A stretch of DNA of 64,000 nt, taken from positions 187,997-251,996 of the forward strand of contig NMRA01000251.1 in NCBI GenBank assembly GCA_002633005.1. The letters run 5' to 3'. Shown here in pieces: positions 52,701 through 62,955 of this stretch. Below the pieces are notes generated by a model. It had not been told where the DNA came from. It saw only the letters and a list, made by a program, of their open reading frames with translations, and did not search any database. The position numbers and the translations under genes were made by a program. Origin of the DNA: Phoronis australis (Eukaryota > Animalia > Phoronida). Numbering within the stretch: the first letter of the stretch is position 1; the number at the start of each line of letters is the position of its first letter.

Positions 52701-55700
52701 AACTTGACGGCATGTTGGAGAGTGCTACTAGGTACGTGACACGGCTAATTGCCGTGTAAACAAACGGGGTACATTGTCCTTTACAAAGCGCGATATCTAA
52801 CAAATAAAGAGGCCGAAGTGTGTGATTTTTTCCAGAAACATACAAAAACATGTGACATAGCACTTACATGCGTTTTTTAAGAGTTACTCAGTCGACAGGG
52901 TAAATATAAAACTATTAGAAGATCGCAACCAGTGGAAGATTTTCGAGTGGCCTGAGCGGCTGCACGCCGTCAAACCAATAGGAGCGTTTTTTTTTCGTTT
53001 TTTTTTTCAAGAGAAACCACTAAGTTCGCGCAAATTTATAAATTACTTGACATTGGCTACAGCGATAATTCGCCCAACTTGTTGTGATATACAACTTAAC
53101 AAGTTAGATTCAACGGCAGAACGCCGTAATGTAAAAAGCAAAGAACACAGACTCAGTTCCTTTCCTGTGCATCGCTTGGAATTGCCAACTTACAAATGTT
53201 TTACTATCACGCACGGTATTCCTCTCTCACGGATCTGAAGTCCCCCCGATCAAGCACCAGGCACTTGTTGGTGTTTTGTAGTATCCCCACACCGTGTAAT
53301 TATGTGCTCAAAAAGAGATCAGCCCCGCTCCCACACATTATTTCGGACCGTTCCTATGCATCCCCCTATATGCAGTACGTACTGCGCGCCCCTCAGCCGA
53401 GAAATTTAAAATGAAGTATTATCTCACGCACGGTGTCTGCTTATCAAAACCCCCTGCGGCGGGGGAGACGTTGAATAGTGACGGGACAGGTTTTCACGGA
53501 CGTGGGGTCATTTTTTCATGGTCTGAAAATTATTCGCATTAAATTTAGACCCTGTGAAAAAACTAACCCGGGTCATTTTTCACGGGGCCATAATTAATGC
53601 TACATCGGCTCGGTTGGGTATTTTTCCATTCTGTTTCGCCGAATGGGAAATTCTATATTTTGGATAAATTTTGAATTCGCAATTCAGTCGTACAGGTTTG
53701 AAATTTCGTTACTATGTACTTTACTGTTTTGGGCAAGTTTCGTCACAAAACAGAGAGCTCCTAAGCAAGCAGTGCAAATTTACAAAAATGCCAATATCGA
53801 ATTCGACATCCATACAGACTTTGCAGGGATTTGTTTGTTTTGAAACAACAGAAAACATCTAATTTTGGAATACGTATATATTTCAATAGAGAATACACTA
53901 TTCACTTAGATGCACTGATTTCCCTGGCTAGCGAGTAAGTTCGGTGATGTTATTTTTCAGTACAAGTGAAAATACATATGACTGTCATTAATACCAAATA
54001 TTCACTTACATATACTTAGCAAAACAGCATCATCATTGGATAACAGCATATGCTGTTGAGAACCATGTGGTAGATAAGTTTTACACTTAACATGTTTTCA
54101 TCCTCTATTAATAAAAGTGTTTATTATTATTATTTTATTATGCTGGTCAATAAATATCTTTTTTAATTGATCTGATATGATCTCAATCACCAAGACTGAT
54201 GTGGAAACAACGCAAATAGTCGCTCCGCACTATGGTGGCAGAACATAAAAACCTAGTTGCAGCACCACTAAACTGCATGGCCGAACCAAAAAACCCATGA
54301 CTCAATAGCAATACCAAAGAAACTTTACTCTGTGGCTGCAGGCATAACACTGCGAGCCCCCGCATTTCCTGACTGATGCCGTAGGGCCCCCAGTGTTTAC
54401 CGCCATTTTTGTCCTGTGTGGAACCCTCCAATATGGCGTCATATTGACAACGCGAGCTGCATGTATCTGAGAGGCGCGCGCCCGGTGTATGGTATATCCC
54501 TTCACAATTGGCATTTTACAGACTTGAGTGGTATGGCCAGCGGGTCATTTATAGAGGCAACTTTTGAGGAAGGAGCGAACACATTAGGTTTCTTCCAAAA
54601 GGGATCGACGTTTATCAGGCGGGTAAGTATACCTTACGAAAATATGATAGCCCCATTGCGGCTCTGCAGTCCTGAAACAAAGCAGAAAGGGTTACTCTAC
54701 TAAATTCGGAATCACAATTACGATGCTTGCCTTCATTTTGAAACTACGTGGCATTTTATACCAAACCCCAGCCGACATATTACTTATTGGCACGGTCGGA
54801 CTGTAGTTTCTGCATCTATCTCCAGATGTCATGCAATACTTTGGAAAATGTTATGCTAATGTAAATAAGCTAGAACATGGGCTGAAACCAGTAGATTTTT
54901 AAAAATAAAGCTATTACCATCACAAGCAAGTTTTATAAGCTTGGCTGCTTATCGTTAACAAGTTCGTCTAAAATTTCCCTCAGCGTAATACCAATGAGTT
55001 TCTATCGTTAAAAGGAATCAACAGGTCTCCATCGGTCCTAAGACTGAATCAACCCTCAAACAAGTTCCCGCGATCGTACTTTGCATGTGCTTAAAATAAA
55101 GAGTTTCTGAGTGCGGAATCATTTTCTATCAAGCTTTGAAATTTGATTTGTATGGTTAAGTCGGTCCCGCTCTGACATGAAGTTTCCGTCAGCGATAAAG
55201 CAAAAGATGTTCTTTTAATTACTTAAAGGAGTATGCCACCCAAAAACAACCTAATTTGTATCAATTTAGATCGAGTAATTTTACTCCATAACGACAGGTA
55301 CGGTTGACACCTGACGGCAGACGGAGGTGTTGAAATTATCCAATGACGTCATCGGTTTCACACGCAGTCTGTTCAGCAGTTCACAACACGGGTTACTGGT
55401 GTCAGCTTATCGCTTGAAGTCATCGTTAAACACCAATAAGTCATCAAACGTCGATGTAAAACCCTTAAAAATACACCGAGTTCTTATAAAGACATGTTCT
55501 GTTTCGCTCTTACGGATTTATTGGTATTTGGACACACCGTAGCCAATAAAGTTCGGCAGGCCAATAAAGTCCGTAGCAGTAGTTTGGGGTCTGTTCGGAG
55601 ATAATTTCGAAGTATTTTCCGTGAGATACAGACAGGAGAACATAGATCTGTGTTGTTTAGACTTGTGATTTTTTTGTTCTAAACACAAAACCCTTGTTAT

Positions 55701-58700
55701 CCTGGCCAGTGGCTCGGAGCTCGATCAGGCCCGTCGCGGCCGGCCGGATTGACTCTTATCCCGGCCACTGATCAGACATCACGAATATAAACCAGCCAAA
55801 GTTCAGGAAAACTAAACTTCCAGTCAAGAAAATAATATACTAATGAGCCAAAGTAATGTGCACGTGATTATGTTGGTGAATTAGCCACGATACTGCAAAT
55901 CTACTTACTCGTCGGGGGCCGCGAATTCAGGTTACGCTTTGGCCACAGCACCGTCAGGGCAGAAGTTGTACATTGACAATCATTATTTGAGTATTGTAAA
56001 TGTAAATAAAGATTCCCCTAACACCTGGCCGTGGGATGGAAATCGAGTTGTTTCACAACAGTTTCTGCCAACAAACACTAAATTAGCATGAGCTCACACG
56101 GCCTCGGTGTCCCGTCAATTAGGTTGATTGCACCCAAAGCCGGTAACGCAGGGATTTATTCATTGCTGGCTTCTCAAATCATTTGCACTCACGAACACTC
56201 CAAAGGCATTACAAATTGCATCTAATGAGACAGACTTTGTTTCAATTTTATATATTATTATTGGTTAGGGTGAGATAAATTCATTTTGAAACAGAACGCT
56301 CAGTAATAAACGCCAACATGGCAACTCGCAATCCCGACTTAGGACGAGCTAGAGCTCATCGGTCCCGACTTCGCAGGTGGATCGTTAAGTTTTACAGGCT
56401 ATCAATTCGAACAAGAATACAGTGATAAAGAAATACTAGAGAGGCGCCATGAACAAGCTCAGACAACGGGACGTATGGGGTTATTTGGTAAGCCTTCAAT
56501 CGTCAGGCACTGTCGACGTCTGCAGGCCACAGACACGGAGATGTTTCACTGCGTCATACTTGCTATTTACAGCGTACATTTCATTCTTCACTACCATGAG
56601 CCACTTCCTAAGCATTTCGGACTCTCGAGAAAGACAAAAAACGATATACCCGGTTTCTTCGCAGCTGCTTAATTCGGACAAGCGGGAACGATGCACCGCA
56701 ACGTAGCGGCATTCCCTCTGCATGTGAACCACTGACGTCGCTAGCGTCGTTTCTCACCTTGCTCACAGGTTAACGTGACACCTCTTGGCAAGGTAAGGTT
56801 GACCGTATGCGAGGCGATGTGGATACAGACCGATTAATATCTCATAAAAGACTAATTAAATCGGGTGGCATTCTCTTTTAACCAATATCCAGTAAAGGCG
56901 TCTCTGTCTGTATTTGGGGGCTTCCTTTCAGCGTTCAGCTTTGAAGGTGGCCGATGAGAGTTTGCACGACAAATAAAGTGAAGGAAATACGAAAAGAACA
57001 ATTCGTATGTCTGCAATAAAATTTTAGGTGCCTACACTGCACAAGTACTTGCATAATGGGCGCTTACAAAGTACGTGTATTTGCCTTCTCTCTGAAACAG
57101 AAAACATTATCGATACTTGAGTATCGGATCAATCTGTTGATCTACATGTACTTGATTCTACATTTTTCAGTCAGCCTAGTCCAAAGATGCGACAGAGACT
57201 CTCTCTCGGTACAAAATAGGCACTACTGATTGTGCTTAAGGGCCTGAGCAATTACCGTGGAAAAATCCAATTACATACTGCGTAGACAACGATTTCAAAA
57301 AAGTCATGGAGTGAACATACTCATATAGCGTCTTTGCTTGTTTTTCCCTAGACGGGTTCGACTGCTTCAGGTCAAACGGGACCAGATGGAGCCCACCTCG
57401 GTGACTATTACATGTATTTGGAGGCGTCGTTCAATACGAACTCCGTTCAAGGATACAGTGTCCAGATGGTTTCCGAGAAGATAAAAGGTTGGTGAAATTT
57501 ACTGAGCGCTTTCACTAAGAAAGACCACAAGGATCGAACCAACTTCGAAATTCGACTGATGATGCTTGTTCATACATTTCGTTAGAGATTAAGTCAAGTT
57601 TTTGGAGCGTTTTCCTAAAAAATGGATGGGAAGTTTATTAGAATGCTGCTCACGTCGTACATGTACAAAGTATCCTATTTTATTTTAGACCAAAATGCTT
57701 TATGAGGAGTAACCTGGTTTACATCGGTTCTACGGGAGAAAAAAAGGCGTTTTGCATGGCGGAGACGTCTTGACGTTTTTAGTTTTGGCTACAGCCGTAA
57801 CACAAAAAATAATTCAAATCGACAATTTTCGGCGTTGTAGAAGGCCGTGACTTTTCCAGTTATGTGCACTTAAAACACTCCTGTATTACCGAGTGAAACT
57901 TAGCACCACCGGTACTGTATGTAGCGATAGACTGTAACCACATGGTACTAGGCTTGATTCCACGGTGAAGCTGATCTCCAAAAAATAGTTATCGAGACTA
58001 TAATCTCCTCAAAATGCACTATTAACCAGGGTCATCTGTCAAAAACAAGATCACCACCTTCGATTGTAAATCAGTCTCGTGTCATTCGTATACGTGACTT
58101 AGATTGGAAACGAGTTTTGGGCTAGAAGAAAACTTATAGCGTATTAGTGCGTCAAATGAGCCTCGTGAAGTTTACTTGCCAGGGCGTTTTAATCTCAGCC
58201 CCAAAACACCATGTCCGTCTGTGAAGTTTGAACCTCTTTTTCAACCAATGTAAATTCAAACGGTCAAATAATAAGAATACTGACTGCCTGTAGAGCGAAA
58301 ATACGTGTGGAGAATGAGTTTGAAACTGAACATTGTTTCCAGCTGTGTCCCCCCGATTCTAACTACAGGGTACCAGTCATTTCATGGTAGTTACTGGTAC
58401 AATCTTGATCATTTCAAATGAAGTTAGGCAGATAATTTCATACAGCTGCAGCACATATTAATTCAACACTGTGTTATCAAGAATACAAATATTGTTCCAG
58501 GAAGTAGTTACTGCTTGGAATTCGCCTACAGCATGTATGGGGCTGGAATCGGGAACCTAATTGTGGATCAGGTGGACGCCACAACGTTTGACGTCACGCA
58601 GTTGGACAAAATGTCTTCACAGCAGATGAGCTCAGGAGTGTGGAAAACGAAAGCCTTATCTGTCCAAGCAAACAGCGACTTTTACGTAAGTCAAACGATT

Positions 58701-59022
58701 CAGGTGAAGGCAAAGAGAATCCTTGAATAAAGGTCTTGACTATACATGTAACTACTGAATATTGCACATGTTTAGATCCACCTGTATCGTCTCGCATTTT
58801 ATGAGCTTGAATAAAATGGGAGCTCTTCATGAATGAAGAAAAACTAAGTTCTACAGAATCAAATAATTAAATTTTAGCATCGAGGGGTCACACTCTCGTG
58901 TTTTGTTTTTTGTCAAAACGTTGTTGTTCTTCCAGATTCGCCTAACTGGCACAAATAACGGGGACTCGAGAGGGGACATTGGTGTAGACAGTTTCAAGCT
59001 AAAGAACGTCGCCTGTTCTTAG
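22709..59022 (+). CDS. Secreted astacin-family (M12A) zinc metalloendopeptidase: propeptide-astacin-EGF-CUB-EGF-MAM-(gap)-MAM-EGF-MAM; 5' end unresolved, internal gap at 47127
   Basis: 24 phase-compatible exons. KSKR processing site, then LW...IPYVID, TCLKF, GCTSSVGRIG, HETLHALGFVHEQSRDDR zinc motif, SLMMY Met-turn and GQRSWLSFYDEKYVNIRYNC; followed by EGF, CUB and MAM signatures; stop at 59020-59022. Confidence 0.9.
23464..23532 (+). CDS. astacin gene, putative propeptide exon
   Basis: IENRLKEEYEHNRQVKVDKAGVS; tttccag / GTGAGT, phase 0-0. Confidence 0.65.
24518..24604 (+). CDS. astacin gene, propeptide exon
   Basis: IKKLKSKEGNWTHKLNLLEEDDIDQWFEN; LEEDDI resembles the FEGDI propeptide motif. 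Confidence 0.7.
25497..25605 (+). CDS. astacin gene, processing site and start of catalytic domain
   Basis: GKSKR-EALLADDTKLWLSEKSAIPYVID. Confidence 0.88.
28280..28918 (-). mobile_element. 5'-truncated Penelope-like retroelement remnant (GIY-YIG part) with inverted copy of its 3' end
   Basis: Minus strand reads LFNPKDKIPMGLKSRVVYKF and, after a frameshift, IGETVRHLKTRTKE (PLE GIY-YIG). About 70-bp inverted repeats at 28280-28352 and 28850-28918. Confidence 0.85.
28847..28891 (+). ncRNA. Minimal type I hammerhead ribozyme motif of PLE pLTR (degenerate, GAAA>AAAA)
   Basis: CTT-CTGATGA-T-GGTGT(loop)ACACC-AAAA-CATG-TC-AAG. The opposite-strand copy (28308-28352) reads CTGATAATGAT-GGTGT..ACACC-GAAA-CATG-TC. 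Confidence 0.65.
29034..29172 (+). CDS. astacin catalytic domain exon
   Basis: IIRGVLSKIEQATCLKFAEQT...YIVFTWGS. Confidence 0.93.
29830..29908 (+). CDS. astacin catalytic domain exon
   Basis: GCTSSVGRIGSAQYIRL...SCFT. Confidence 0.93.
29990..30880. mobile_element. Degenerate MITE-like element with inverted subterminal TACGAGCG motifs
   Basis: cgctcgta/cgttcgta copies at 30000-30210; tacgagcg/tgcgagcg copies at 30720-30860; termini not resolved. Confidence 0.45.
31750..31941 (+). CDS. astacin catalytic exon (Zn-binding motif, Met-turn)
   Basis: GIIAHETLHALGFVHEQSRDDR ... DYQSLMMYG. Confidence 0.97.
32741..32870 (+). CDS. astacin catalytic domain C-terminal exon
   Basis: SFSANGKDTI...GQRSWLSFYDEKYVNIRYNCT. 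Confidence 0.95.
33426..33548 (+). CDS. EGF-like module 1
   Basis: CTNDCKNDGY...TCVCKCPPLFEGTTC; phase 1-1. Confidence 0.92.
33985..34886. mobile_element. Non-autonomous Kolobok-like DNA transposon with ~300-bp terminal inverted repeats and TTAA target duplication
   Basis: TTAA at 33981-33984 and 34887-34890; arms ~33985-34285 and ~34580-34886 are reverse complements; core encodes VLELFRRCLVCG...VTIQWECVAGH, a transposase Zn-finger-like fragment. Confidence 0.8.
35322..36722 (+). mobile_element. 5'-truncated Penelope-like retroelement (RT + GIY-YIG endonuclease) with inverted 3'-end copy
   Basis: RT motifs SFDVTAL, QQHGCAMSSPVSP, WLRYVDDTF, LPFLD, VYRKNTHT; GIY-YIG VVYGVRC..CSDSFIGETK..RMSQH. 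The two ORFs share a frame, split by one TGA at 36050. Perfect 22-bp inverted repeat at 35322-35343 / 36701-36722. Confidence 0.93.
36644..36677 (+). ncRNA. Degenerate minimal hammerhead ribozyme motif in PLE 3' end
   Basis: CTGAA-GTCCGC(GAGAT)GCGGAC-GCAA-CGTC: perfect 6-bp stem II, mutated core. Confidence 0.5.
38338..38359 (+). repeat. Dispersed repeat terminus, identical in reverse complement to 61189-61210
   Basis: tttagcaacgctaggacctacg, 22/22 identity. Confidence 0.7.
38554..38660 (+). CDS. CUB domain exon a
   Basis: GCGGIVPL...RKCVWLVE. Confidence 0.88.
40395..41284. mobile_element. MITE-like element with imperfect TIRs and subterminal CCCTCGAC arrays
   Basis: Left end ggagtgttctgatacc vs reverse complement of right end ggattgtactgaaacc; repeated (c)cctcgac on the left, gtcgagggg on the right. 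Confidence 0.6.
41402..41514 (+). CDS. CUB domain exon b
   Basis: APAGKYVRLHW...DCDKHYLEMRYNLKGQDG. Confidence 0.9.
43479..43621 (+). CDS. CUB domain exon c
   Basis: ICGSNVP...WIMLIYY...TSGGFSTTL. Confidence 0.88.
44419..44535 (+). CDS. EGF module 2
   Basis: DPCLSNPCYGLSTC...HTCVCTSEYSGADC; phase 1-1. Confidence 0.93.
44884..44978 (+). CDS. MAM1 exon a
   Basis: ESFERGMELFQQDTDDDLDWTRIKG. Confidence 0.88.
46442..46559 (+). CDS. MAM1 exon b
   Basis: PTNSPETGPSAASKGDYYVYVE...GKKARLRS. Confidence 0.9.
46996..47126 (+). CDS. MAM1 exon c, truncated by N gap at 47127
   Basis: RCWSFDYSMYGSNMGTVDV...LWTKSGDQGN then N. Confidence 0.9.
47330..48600 (+). repeat. Diverged ~170-bp direct repeats (47345-47510, 48450-48600) flanking MAM2 exon b
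   Basis: Shared agtagaaaacg, tcggcgaa.gcacaattca, agctctgaac.tacccgt and ggctgagtgcg.gcaagg in the same order. Confidence 0.7.
48124..48250 (+). CDS. MAM2 exon b
   Basis: STPSGLTGPTHASKNQCILYVESS; |GTAAG, phase 1. Confidence 0.82.
50265..50440 (+). CDS. MAM2 exon c
   Basis: HCVRFSYHMYGIYMGSLSL...GDQGEEW. Confidence 0.92.
50862..50946 (+). CDS. MAM2 exon d
   Basis: VRIKALFSHYTSDFAIDIFRLSTGAC. Confidence 0.88.
51174..51287 (+). CDS. EGF module 3
   Basis: EPCDSVPCKH...HCTNDGANAVCACPPGFAGNC; phase 1-1. Confidence 0.92.
   Translation, partial: SPATVSPANTFRKDTVQTMGPMLCAHVHLDSLEIATI
54522..54622 (+). CDS. MAM3 exon a
   Basis: FIEATFEEG...STFIRR; ttttacag / GTAAGT; phase 1-0. Confidence 0.78.
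55227..56877 (-). mobile_element. Kolobok-like DNA transposon deletion derivative with THAP-domain remnant
   Basis: TTAA flanks (55223-55226, 56878-56881); TIRs aggagtatgccaccc / gggtggcattctctt (13/15 match); minus-strand GYIVFCLSRESEMLRKWL...KHLRVCG resembles THAP. Confidence 0.72.
57352..57487 (+). CDS. MAM3 exon b
   Basis: TGSTASGQTGPDGAHLGDYYMYLEAS. Confidence 0.92.
58501..58685 (+). CDS. MAM3 exon c
   Basis: YCLEFAYSMYGAGIGNLIV...GVWKT. Confidence 0.92.
58936..59022 (+). CDS. MAM3 exon d, terminal coding exon
   Basis: IRLTGTNNGDSRGDIGVDSFKLKNVACS*. Confidence 0.92.
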   Translation: MRLTGTNNGDSRGDIGVDSFKLKNVACS

Positions 59023-61171
59023 AGAAACACATCTTGGTGAGTTCTGTCGTGAATAGGCTCTAATTAGGACACGTGCTTTTAGATTTGTTTGATAACATCA
59101 AGTTGCGTCATAAATTATAGACAATAGATTCGCAAACCGACATTTTCTTGCGTACTTTCCTTCAGGAGACGCCACTTTTCTAAATTACCAATTTCAGTTT
59201 TCGGTTATTGTATTGTGATGGGAAATTCTCTCATCTATTTTACTGTCCAGTACAACGTAAAAATAAGCTCAGCATTGAAACTCTGTTTAAAGTCTTCCAA
59301 TAATAGAGAATTTTGTCACCCGACCACGCAACAGCCGACCATGATTAGTACGTACGTACTTGCCCGAAGTAAAACTTGCTAAGTTTGCCAGGTGTCGCTA
59401 GTGAATAATTACGCCACGGTTTATGCGTAAGATCGCAGAATTTGTCCACTGAAAATATACGGAGTTGGCGGTCCATGGTTGCTTAACAGGGACTTTCCAA
59501 CTTGTCTAAAGGACGTAAATGAAAATAAAGGTTGTTGCCTTTTCAGCAACCGACCGCAAAGTATATGAACGACTGGAATCATTTGATATACGAATTGACA
59601 ATCAAATAATGTTTCATATGTCATAATGAAACCACGGGAATTTTATTTGCATGAAGGCCTGGAGAAAGAGTGGAAAATAACAATGCAATGTATTTGAGAA
59701 CTAGGGGAGACGGAGAGGTGTAGAAACGATGTAAGGCCACTTACGTTCGTTTAATTTTATTTATTATATAATAGTACTTTAGTCACAGCGAAATGGAGAT
59801 AAGTTCATTAGCATTCCCTTAACAACAAACGAAGAAAATAAATCTGAAACTAAATGAGGTAATCCAGATCCTCTGAAAGATACTATTGTTTGACCATATG
59901 TAGAAAAAATACAGGTAAATAAATCAACAGTAATGATCCATTATTGCTGATTTGTCTACTTTTATATATACATGTACTTAACAGCAAACACATGGGTACG
60001 CTTAATGCTACTCATTGTTAAATTAAACGTGTGATGTTGACAATTGTGGTGATGAAAATCAGCTCTTTAAATTAGAGAACCACAGTAGATTCTAGAGAGT
60101 TTCGGCTTAACTGTAAACCCAAACACGAACGTGTGAATTACCACATGTCACAAGATTAAAAAATGTATGCTCTAGAACCAGTTGTTTCTCAAATTTTTAT
60201 ATGGGCTCCGCATACATTCCGTTACCAAGTAGCACCGTAAGACTGGTCAAACGAGCATGGGATTAATCGTTTATTCTCTAAGTTATCTGCCAATCCAGGA
60301 CCAGGCAACGATTTGTCACTCCAAACAAATATTTATGTGCATCAGTTTACCAGCGAGTGCTGAAAAAACGTGGGGAATGAATTCCTTCCTACCCACTTTT
60401 AGGAGCGGGTCAGAGACGTATTGAACAGTCCGATCCCACTTCAACCCCAGCCATTTTTTCAATGCTGTACTGTAGACACATTTGGACGTGTTTCTCCCAT
60501 CTGCAGCTCTGCGTCTTTAAAAATAAATAAACGCATTGACTGGTAACAGTCCGAAAGGTGACGCTTGTAAAGACAACTATGACATGGTCCGCTTCAGGTG
60601 TCGCCCAGGGCTATCTGATGAAAAGAAGGCCTATCATAAGCAAAACGGCCGAGTCCAGGATTGTTAAATAATCAATCTTTTGCTCACTTCCTGTATGTAA
60701 ACTACGGTGATAGCAACAACGGCACAACTACGATGCGTTTGGACATGTTCTCATGTTATTCAAAATAGCTTCTCCATTGAGATGCATGCCTTACTGTGAT
60801 GCCGCAAGGCTGGATTACTCAGGTCGGTTCATAAGTGTACCTAAACAAGTTATGAAAATGTCAGTATTCACACTTTTAGTGAAACTATATTGTGAAGAAT
60901 TCATTAACGTCCTTTTTGCCTATTTGCTGTTGAATTTTTCATGGTTAGCGAGCTGTGGGATATTCACTTTTCTCGCTGTGTGTCCGCTGGAAATACATTG
61001 TATAAGAATACATGTGCATGACTACGTTCTCTGCTTCAAGTGGTTGTATCATTCTGCTGGAAACCTGCCTTCCGTTCAATAACGCAAGGACCTCGCTTAA
61101 AAGCAAGACTTCGCGAGATTACGTGAGACATTGCCGTGTATTTTTAATGAGAGCACGTGACGTTGACTAGA

Positions 61172-61210
61172 TTTTAGTTAGGACCTTGCGTAGGTCCTAG
61201 CGTTGCTAAA
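61172..61210 (-). repeat. Dispersed repeat terminus with hairpin (taggacc..ggtccta)
   Basis: Reverse complement of 38338-38359 plus an internal palindrome. Confidence 0.65.
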
Positions 61211-62864
61211 CGCACACCTGGTGTGCAACAATCCACAGTACATGTAAATACATGTATCCTAAATTCTATTGCAGATATACCACAAAATTTCATCTGTTTC
61301 TAGGCCAATAGACATCCATAATGCCGATATACCACGTGCACGGTATGATATGTATTTTGGTAAATTTTGCAGAAATGAGAAGCCGGTGTAAGACAACAGT
61401 TCCTGGACGAATCCAACAAGCCTGGGTCGTTTTCTGGACACTTGCATTAACGTAGATAGTGTTGTGATTTTTAATTGATGTTGTCATGAAATTATAAATA
61501 AGTAACATCTTGGCACGATCTGGATACTAGTTTTTCTTCAATAGCAAAGGCATCCATCACCTAATCACTCTATGCATCATTTCAAGGACTTTGCTTTGAA
61601 TGCTCGACGTTTGGGATCATGCGTACTCGCAATCACGGCTGGTATATTTACATGAGTTACCGTGGCAACCTTGTTTGCATTAAAAGTTCCGCTTTATGAC
61701 ATACCGCGAATATCTATTTGTCTTAGCATTTGATTTACGTAAACATGCCGGCGTTCTTCTGTTCATTGACTTTACCAGACGTAGACGGTTGTGAGCTCCT
61801 GTGTTAACTGCAGAGCACAGCCTTTTGTCTGGTATGACAACTGGCAGGCCAATTGTCTACCAGGCTTATTACAGACCACATAAGAATGCCATCAAACCCA
61901 GAGCGAATTGGTACATTCGGAAAGAAAAGATTGTCGTAACCTCGGTTGCAGTTGGACGAGTTTGGCGATTCAAAAACTAAACATGATCAGCATTTGACGA
62001 GAAATTCATCAGTGCTACTGGTTTTTGTTCAAAAACGTTATAAGTTAATTATTTAACAGCACAGCCCAGCCAGGCTAGATACGGTCTTATTGGAGATTAG
62101 AGCTATTATCGAACAAAGGAAAGCTGGCCCTCCCGTCATAAATGCCAGACTGGAGTTAATCTGTCGTGTAAGATATTGGCTAGAGGGATCATCTTCCCAA
62201 CTTGGTGTTGGGCTATAGAATCGAAAAAGTTGGCATCAACGGGAAAACGCCGTAATGTGTATTGTAGTAACCACGGTATACGCAACTTGATACTGGTAGA
62301 CAAGCTATCTCCAAGTTTGCGTACACAAGTTGCTCCGGCAACAGTTTTTGGATATTCAAAACCATTCTACTTGTTATGGTATATCTTTGATAAAGCAACG
62401 ACGATTTGAATTAGTTTATCTAAATTTTACGACAGTTCACAAGTCTACAGGTGCCTGGTGGGCCCAGCTTAGTCTAATGTTGCAGTCATAAAATAACTGG
62501 TTCAATGGAAACGTTACATTCAAGCTTTGCAACTCTCCGACGTTTATCAGAAGGGTCACTAAAAATACCTGCACCATGGCTTCTAACATGACCTCAGTCT
62601 AGACTAAACTTAGTTATCTTGACAATCAAAATACCTAAATACGTACACGTTTGTAGTAAAACCCAGTTTGCCTTAGAAAACAGGTTCGTTTCGCATACCC
62701 TGTGTGTACTTACTTACTTCTAACATAAATGCCTTCAACCCGAAATTGCTGACTTTGTTTGCCAAAATACCTGGTTACCATGGCAGCAGTTCATACATGC
62801 ATTTCAACCAGACAACACCACAGAGTTTCGTATAGGCGGCCACTATTACACACAGGCTCGAACG

Positions 62865-62955
62865 CACACGCACATACACACCCACCCCACACCACACACA
62901 CACACACGCACACACACACGCATACACACACACGCACACACATATACGCATACAC
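62865..62955. repeat. Imperfect (CA)n microsatellite
   Basis: cacacgcacatacaca...cacacacacacgcacaca. Confidence 0.9.

Noticed and set aside
57545-57570. GAAA..CTGATGA as a hammerhead ribozyme
   Set aside because: No supporting stems
60614-60660. CTGATGA followed by a GGCC stem as a hammerhead ribozyme
   Set aside because: No GAAA box in register
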